DNA of 64,000 nucleotides from an uncultured candidate division Zixibacteria bacterium (GTDB lineage: Bacteria; Zixibacteria; MSB-5A5; GN15; FEB-12): assembly GCA_963735035.1 (NCBI GenBank), contig CAVTJJ010000003.1, positions 384,001 through 448,000 on the forward strand. The letters are read 5' to 3'. Below, piece by piece: positions 58,913-64,000 of the stretch. Both the position numbers and the translations under genes were made by a program. The notes below the pieces were generated by a model. The model saw nothing but the letters and a program-made list of their open reading frames with translations, had not been told where the DNA came from and searched no databases. Position 1 is the first letter of the stretch. Each line of letters opens with the position of its first letter.

Positions 58913-61127
58913 TGGTCGGTTGCGCGTAAGTCTCCTGTGCTGTGTCGTCCTCGATCAAATCATGAGGTATCGAAAAGCAAATGGTCGTTCCTTTATTCTT
59001 TCCGTCTGAGACTATCCATATTTTCCCGTGATGAAGCTCAATAATCCGTTTTGCCAAAGCCAAACCTATTCCTGATCCTTCCGCCGTCGGATCGAGTTGT
59101 TCAAACAGATTAAACACGCGTGTGTGGAATCGTGGTTCAATTCCAATGCCATTATCCTTCACAGAGAACACGACGCCCTCAGCAGAATTGGTGCAACCGA
59201 TTTGGACTTCAGGCTGGGGTTGATCCCCCATATACTTAATGGCATTCTCCAGAAGATTCTGGACCACTTCCAGGATACGAGTCCGGTCTCCTCTGACGGT
59301 CGGGAAATTGGAGATGAGTTTCACTTCAACCCCGCGTTCGGCTGCTCGGCCGTTACATGACTCGATGGCCTCTCGAATCAGGTCCCCCATCGGTATCGGC
59401 TCATCGGGATTCACCATCCGCCCGATGCGCGACATCTCGAGCAAGCTATTAAGAAGCTCCGCCATCTTCTCGGCGGCGTTCGATATTCGTTTCATGTCCG
59501 ATGGCGTCTGGTTGGTACTTCCATCGGCAATGTGCTGTTCCAATAATCCGATATACCCACTGATAGTGATCAGAGGACTCTTGAGATCATGCGACACGGT
59601 GTAGGTGAATCGTTCCAACTCCGCATTCTTCTTCTCCAACTCAGCTATCAACCCTTCCCGCTCTTCCTCCGTCCGCTTGCGCTCAACCAACCGCCACATG
59701 CCTTCCATTATCAGTGTCAATTGACGGACATCGCTATCGTTGTAGTCTTCTTCCTTATTCCCCACCCCGGCTACCAACACAATCTTGCCGCTGACAATAA
59801 TCGGCACATTCATATGGCGCGTCACCTTAACATGGCCTTCAGGCGTTCCCTTTTTCCACGGGTTGGGAGCGGCATAATCGTTCGTGATGATGGGCCTGCG
59901 TTGCCGAACGGCTTCTCCCCACAAGCCGGTGTTGGTCACCTGGAAAATCTTCGACGGGTTCGGTATTTTGCACTCGTCCATGGCGCTCCGCGACCACGTT
60001 AGCATATATAGAATGGTTTCGTCCTCGTTCAGAGACAACAGATACCCCATCGGGCTTTTGGTCAACTTCAAGGCAGCTTCAAAGGCAAAGTCGATGACCT
60101 GGTCCAACGTCGCCCCAGTCATCTGGTTCAACTGTAGCAAAGCATTCATGCGCTTGGCATTGAGCCGCAACTCATCTTCCATTCTGATACGTTCTTTCAA
60201 TTCTGTCTCCAACTTGGTGTTGGCAAGTTGCAGATCAGTTGTTCGCTCTTTAACCCTCTGCTCCAGCGTCTCGATAGATTCATTGAGCGCCATTTGTGCG
60301 CTTTTGAGATCCCTGAATACGAGCGCAAAGGGTTTCTGAAGCCCGGTCACAAGTATTGAACGGTAGATGAAATAGAATGCCGCCAGCTTGAAGAAATGGC
60401 CAAGCAGGTTAGCGAATCCGAAGACACTTACATATCTTGTAAACGACAACTCGGAAAGGATCGTGCACACGATCGAGAAGATGACAAGTAGCGCAATCCG
60501 GTTTTCAAACTGTTTCCGGACTCGATAAAAGACCATCAACGACAAGACAAGAATGATGGAAATGACATATTCGCTGTCTATTTTGAAATTCGTAAGTCCC
60601 TTCCCGTCAATGAAGCAGTCCGGGAACATACCTGACAAGACAGTCGCCAGAAGCGATGTCGTGACCACCACACATCCTGCGAAGACGGCGCGATAGTCGA
60701 CCTTGCGGTCTCTGAGCAGTAGCGCCGTCACAAGAGTAGCTGCCTGCAGGTAACGTGCCGCTATCCAGAGTTGAGTCGGGAGGTTGGCACCGATGCCCGT
60801 GAATATCCCCATTCCCTTGTAGGCGAAGGTATGTACCAGATCGATCAGCGCACAGAAGGCATAGCCGATGCCGAGTACCGTGAGAAAACTGCTCGTGAAG
60901 TATTTGCGCGTATTCCAGGTGAGGACGAAGAGCGTGAAGGCAACTACGATGGTGACAATTTCGATGAGACTGTGGAAGAGCAGATAGCTGTGCAGACTGC
61001 TGAGATAGACACCGGCAACTATGGCTCCAGGGAGAACAGTCTTCGCTATTGTGTCTAGTCCGTTGATGTTGAATGCACCTATCTGCCCTTTCACTGCATC
61101 CAATATCCATTTCACATGTTTACTCAT
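58893..61127 (-). CDS. Sensor histidine kinase (MASE3 - GAF - HisKA - HATPase)
   Basis: YLLFHSLIE...HTFAYKGM...TQLWIAARY membrane domain; GLWGEAVRQRRPII.NDY GAF domain; SHDLKSPL, NLLENAIKY, DNGIGI and GSGIGLA. Confidence 0.92.
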   Translation of the reverse strand: MSKHVKWILDAVKGQIGAFNINGLDTIAKTVLPGAIVAGVYLSSLHSYLLFHSLIEIVTIVVAFTLFVLTWNTRKYFTSSFLTVLGIGYAFCALIDLVHTFAYKGMGIFTGIGANLPTQLWIAARYLQAATLVTALLLRDRKVDYRAVFAGCVVVTTSLLATVLSGMFPDCFIDGKGLTNFKIDSEYVISIILVLSLMVFYRVRKQFENRIALLVIFSIVCTILSELSFTRYVSVFGFANLLGHFFKLAAFYFIYRSILVTGLQKPFALVFRDLKSAQMALNESIETLEQRVKERTTDLQLANTKLETELKERIRMEDELRLNAKRMNALLQLNQMTGATLDQVIDFAFEAALKLTKSPMGYLLSLNEDETILYMLTWSRSAMDECKIPNPSKIFQVTNTGLWGEAVRQRRPIITNDYAAPNPWKKGTPEGHVKVTRHMNVPIIVSGKIVLVAGVGNKEEDYNDSDVRQLTLIMEGMWRLVERKRTEEEREGLIAELEKKNAELERFTYTVSHDLKSPLITISGYIGLLEQHIADGSTNQTPSDMKRISNAAEKMAELLNSLLEMSRIGRMVNPDEPIPMGDLIREAIESCNGRAAERGVEVKLISNFPTVRGDRTRILEVVQNLLENAIKYMGDQPQPEVQIGCTNSAEGVVFSVKDNGIGIEPRFHTRVFNLFEQLDPTAEGSGIGLALAKRIIELHHGKIWIVSDGKNKGTTICFSIPHDLIEDDTAQETYAQPTNARPAH

Positions 61128-61166
61128 TTGCTCGACCCCAAAAAGTGACCATCATCACAGTGACGG

Positions 61167-62345
61167 CTAGAAGGAACATGCCAGCCCTACCCCAAAGCCG
61201 GACAGATTCGCTCCTTGCCGGGTTGCAATGGCGAGTCCGTCGCCGAAATTGTATGTCGCGTTAGCCCCGTTGTGAATGGCCGTGCACTGCCCGTAAAGTT
61301 CGATGGCATCGGCAAGAAAATATCCATAGCGCGCTGAGATCTGGTCAGCACCGGTGTTGGAGGCGCCGGACAGGTCATCTGCGATTGTGTAGACGGCACC
61401 AAGTGTGTGCACCTTTAGCTCGTAAGAGCCCGAGAAGCTTAGCGCGCCGCGCGAAGTGTTACCACTTCCGACAACGCCGAAACTGAGAAATTCATAGACA
61501 AAACCAATCTTGCCGTCGGCGATATTCCATGAACTGATCAGACGCGTCCCATAATCGATTCCCTCTATGTTGGTGCCATCCTTCACCTTCAGATCCTGAT
61601 GCCGTTCGTGCGCGACACTTACGTACAGCGGACCTTGGTCATATGTTGCCGAAAGCGACAGTACCGACGGATCGACGGTTGCGGTTTTGGAGGCAGGTTC
61701 GTCCACGCTGTAGGCAAGCTTGACCTGGATACTCAGAATTTGTGGACTCCAATATTGTAGCGAACTTTTCTGACGACGATGAAAACCTGTTGTTGCCACA
61801 GAGACGCTGTCTACGGCGGCGGGAAACCCGTGAGCTGACGGGGGTAACGTGGAGCCTCCCGAGACGCCGTTACCGATACTGCCGAGTAATCCGATCGGAC
61901 TGGCGATATGGGAATTGTCAAACAGATCGACTTTGTTATAGGATTGACGGAACGGCGTGTCCCATACACCCAGAAACACGGTGCCGAAGCCACCGCTGAG
62001 CCCAACTTGAGAGTTTCCCCACAGGGTGAAAAGCCCACCGCCTCCGCATGTTTCTGCACCGGCTATATTCACGCGCGTGGCAATTTGCCAAACTGCTCTT
62101 AGTTTGCTTCGCAAATCGATACTGCCCTTGGCGCCAAAGCGCGATGCGTTGGACGCAATACGAATGCGTGAGGACGCACTGCCGGGCCCCGGTTGATTTG
62201 TTCTGACCGATTGGATATCGGCGTCCATTTTGCCGAAGAACTGAACCTCACCTTCAATAGCAGGACTCGGCAAGAAACCGATAAGCGCTACTACAACAAG
62301 GTCGACGAAGCCTCTATTATGACGGAGGAAGAATCGTCTCAGCAT
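61167..62345 (-). CDS. Gram-negative trimeric-type porin
   Basis: VQFFGKMDA, SRFGAKGS.DL, VGLSGGFGTVFLG..DTP, SLQYWSP and a C-terminal GFGVGLACSF; ATG at 62345. Confidence 0.8.
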   Translation of the reverse strand: MLRRFFLRHNRGFVDLVVVALIGFLPSPAIEGEVQFFGKMDADIQSVRTNQPGPGSASSRIRIASNASRFGAKGSIDLRSKLRAVWQIATRVNIAGAETCGGGGLFTLWGNSQVGLSGGFGTVFLGVWDTPFRQSYNKVDLFDNSHIASPIGLLGSIGNGVSGGSTLPPSAHGFPAAVDSVSVATTGFHRRQKSSLQYWSPQILSIQVKLAYSVDEPASKTATVDPSVLSLSATYDQGPLYVSVAHERHQDLKVKDGTNIEGIDYGTRLISSWNIADGKIGFVYEFLSFGVVGSGNTSRGALSFSGSYELKVHTLGAVYTIADDLSGASNTGADQISARYGYFLADAIELYGQCTAIHNGANATYNFGDGLAIATRQGANLSGFGVGLACSF

Positions 62346-62599
62346 AGCTATCCCCCCTTGTTGGACTATTGTTGGATACTCAATAAAGGCTGTTGATCGG
62401 CAGACGAAAATGGCATGTCGACCCTCCTCACAATTATGATCGGAATTCCATGCCGAATCCTGAATCCCTGCCCAGTAACCCATCGACCGCTAGGTGAAGC
62501 TGTTCTGATTCAACGAGGCGCGATAGTGTCCGGTCCCCTGGTGACGATCGCCTTATTCCGGTTCGGGCGGGAAACCGGACTCGGCCCTATCTGCCGCCG

Positions 62600-62942
62600 G
62601 ACAGAGTCTCGCCGTGGACAGGTTCTCAGACCGCTACGAAAAGATCGCTTTTCAGTCCAGTTGCGACTGGCGCAGGCCTACCTGGATTTTGGTCATCCGG
62701 AGAAGGCCGGGCCGGTCTTCGAGAAACTTTCTGAGACCTATAACCCGACTCGGCAGTTCTGGACGCCCGAGAGCGTTAAACTACACTACTACCTGGGTCA
62801 GGTCTATGACGCACAAAAATGGTACGACAAAGCTTCGGCCGAGTATGGCAGTCTTCTTCGTATCTGGGCCACGGCGGACATCGGGATCAACGAGGTGAGC
62901 AAAGCGAAGGAACGTCTGCAATTGATGCCGAGACAACCGTAG
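62600..62942 (+). pseudogene. C-terminal TPR fragment of a larger protein (5' boundary approximate)
   Basis: LAQAYLDFG...HYYLGQVYD...W.TAD.GI.EV..AKERL is a TPR-like terminal segment; the upstream part of ORF 62415..62942 looks non-coding and lacks an RBS. Confidence 0.5.
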
Positions 62943-63104
62943 GCTCATGACAGTGAGACCAGCCAGGCAGCTATACTTCATGGTCTGATTGGCGTTCCCC
63001 TGACAAACACATCTATCCCGACCTGACTGAGATTACGTGAGCCAATAACACTGCGGATCTCCGGTGAGGCTGTATCGCCCCGAGTTCCCGGTAGTCCTCT
63101 CTTC

Positions 63105-64000
63105 TCATTCGGTTCTCAAGGCGTCGACCGGATTGGCGTTGGCGGTCTTGATAACCTTAATACCGGTGGTAAGGAGTACAAGCATCAACACGGCAGCCGC
63201 CACACATAGGAAGGTGATCCATCCATAGTCAATTCTGTATGCATACGACTCCAACCACCGGGTGATGGCATACCGGGTGAAGGGCCACGCTATCAGTGCG
63301 GCGACCATAACCAAAAGCACGAGTTCTCCCGTCAGCAGTCTGACGATTGAGGACAGGGAAGCACCCAGGCTCTTGCGAATGCCTATCTCTCTGACGCGCC
63401 TCTCCACGACAAATGTCGTCAGCCCCAGCATGCCGAGAATGGCAATAAGAACGGCGAGCGCTGTGGAAACCCAACAAAGTGACTCGAATTTTCGTTCTAT
63501 CGAATAACTCTCCCCCATGATATCAGTCAAGGGCCGACACTGAAAAGTCGTATTGGGGAATATTCCGTCCCAGACATTCTTCATCTTCGACATCATGCCG
63601 GCCGGAATGTCTTCGGGCAAGTTCATAGCGAGAATTCGCTCGTCGCTTGAACGCTTGGTAATGATACTGGGGGTGACCTGGTTATGAAGAGACAGAGCGC
63701 AGAAATCTTTAACCACTCCCACTACCGTCAGCGCCCCCCTCGATGTGATCAGGCTGACACCTATCGGGTCGGTCAGACCGAGTTGCTCGACAGCGGTTTC
63801 GTTTAAGAGAGCCAGGTCCTCCCTTTCGGCAACCGCCGGATCAAACAGCCAATGTCCGCGGACAAGCTGGAAATCCATCGTTGAAGTAAAGTTCTCGTCA
63901 CCTGTAAACGTGTTCAGCACCTTGAATGAATTCTCACTTTGCCCCGCCAGACGCGCGGTGGTAACACGAAATATGCTCTCGCCGGGGGCGTTTACAGCCA
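63105..64000 (-). CDS. ABC transporter permease (MacB/FtsX family), partial (runs off the right edge)
   Basis: LNETAV..LG, VVGVVKDF, ERRVREIGIRKSLGAS, WLESYAYRI and ANPVDALRTE motifs. Confidence 0.9.
   Translation of the reverse strand, partial: AVNAPGESIFRVTTARLAGQSENSFKVLNTFTGDENFTSTMDFQLVRGHWLFDPAVAEREDLALLNETAVEQLGLTDPIGVSLITSRGALTVVGVVKDFCALSLHNQVTPSIITKRSSDERILAMNLPEDIPAGMMSKMKNVWDGIFPNTTFQCRPLTDIMGESYSIERKFESLCWVSTALAVLIAILGMLGLTTFVVERRVREIGIRKSLGASLSSIVRLLTGELVLLVMVAALIAWPFTRYAITRWLESYAYRIDYGWITFLCVAAAVLMLVLLTTGIKVIKTANANPVDALRTE

Overview
Bacterial chromosomal window from a Gram-negative organism; the gene content suggests an FCB-group or Zixibacteria-like lineage, but that is inference. 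Housekeeping and envelope genes include glnA, secD/secF, an M16 peptidase, mfd, motAB, aqpZ, two cation antiporters and a DUF2723/TPR/DUF4175/DUF4159 cluster. A large minus-strand respiratory block runs Rieske protein, cytochrome b, nine-CxxCH cytochrome c, then nuoABCDHIJKLMN with no nuoEFG. Many conserved genes carry single-base frameshifts that look like long-read assembly errors. Mobile and repeat DNA is abundant: an IS1182-family element inserted into the loop of a palindromic repeat, a RAYT transposase inside GATC-footed REP arrays, and several other REP-like families. The most unusual locus is 57.7-58.6 kb. There a stand-alone 88-aa GIY-YIG nuclease gene lies inside a tandem array of promoter plus 5'-half copies of the adjacent initiator tRNA-Met. 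In each partial copy the D-loop is replaced by the palindrome TCCGCCGCGGCGGA, and the same palindrome also interrupts unrelated REP hairpins elsewhere in the window. A candidate translation-arrest leader ORF lies upstream of secDF.
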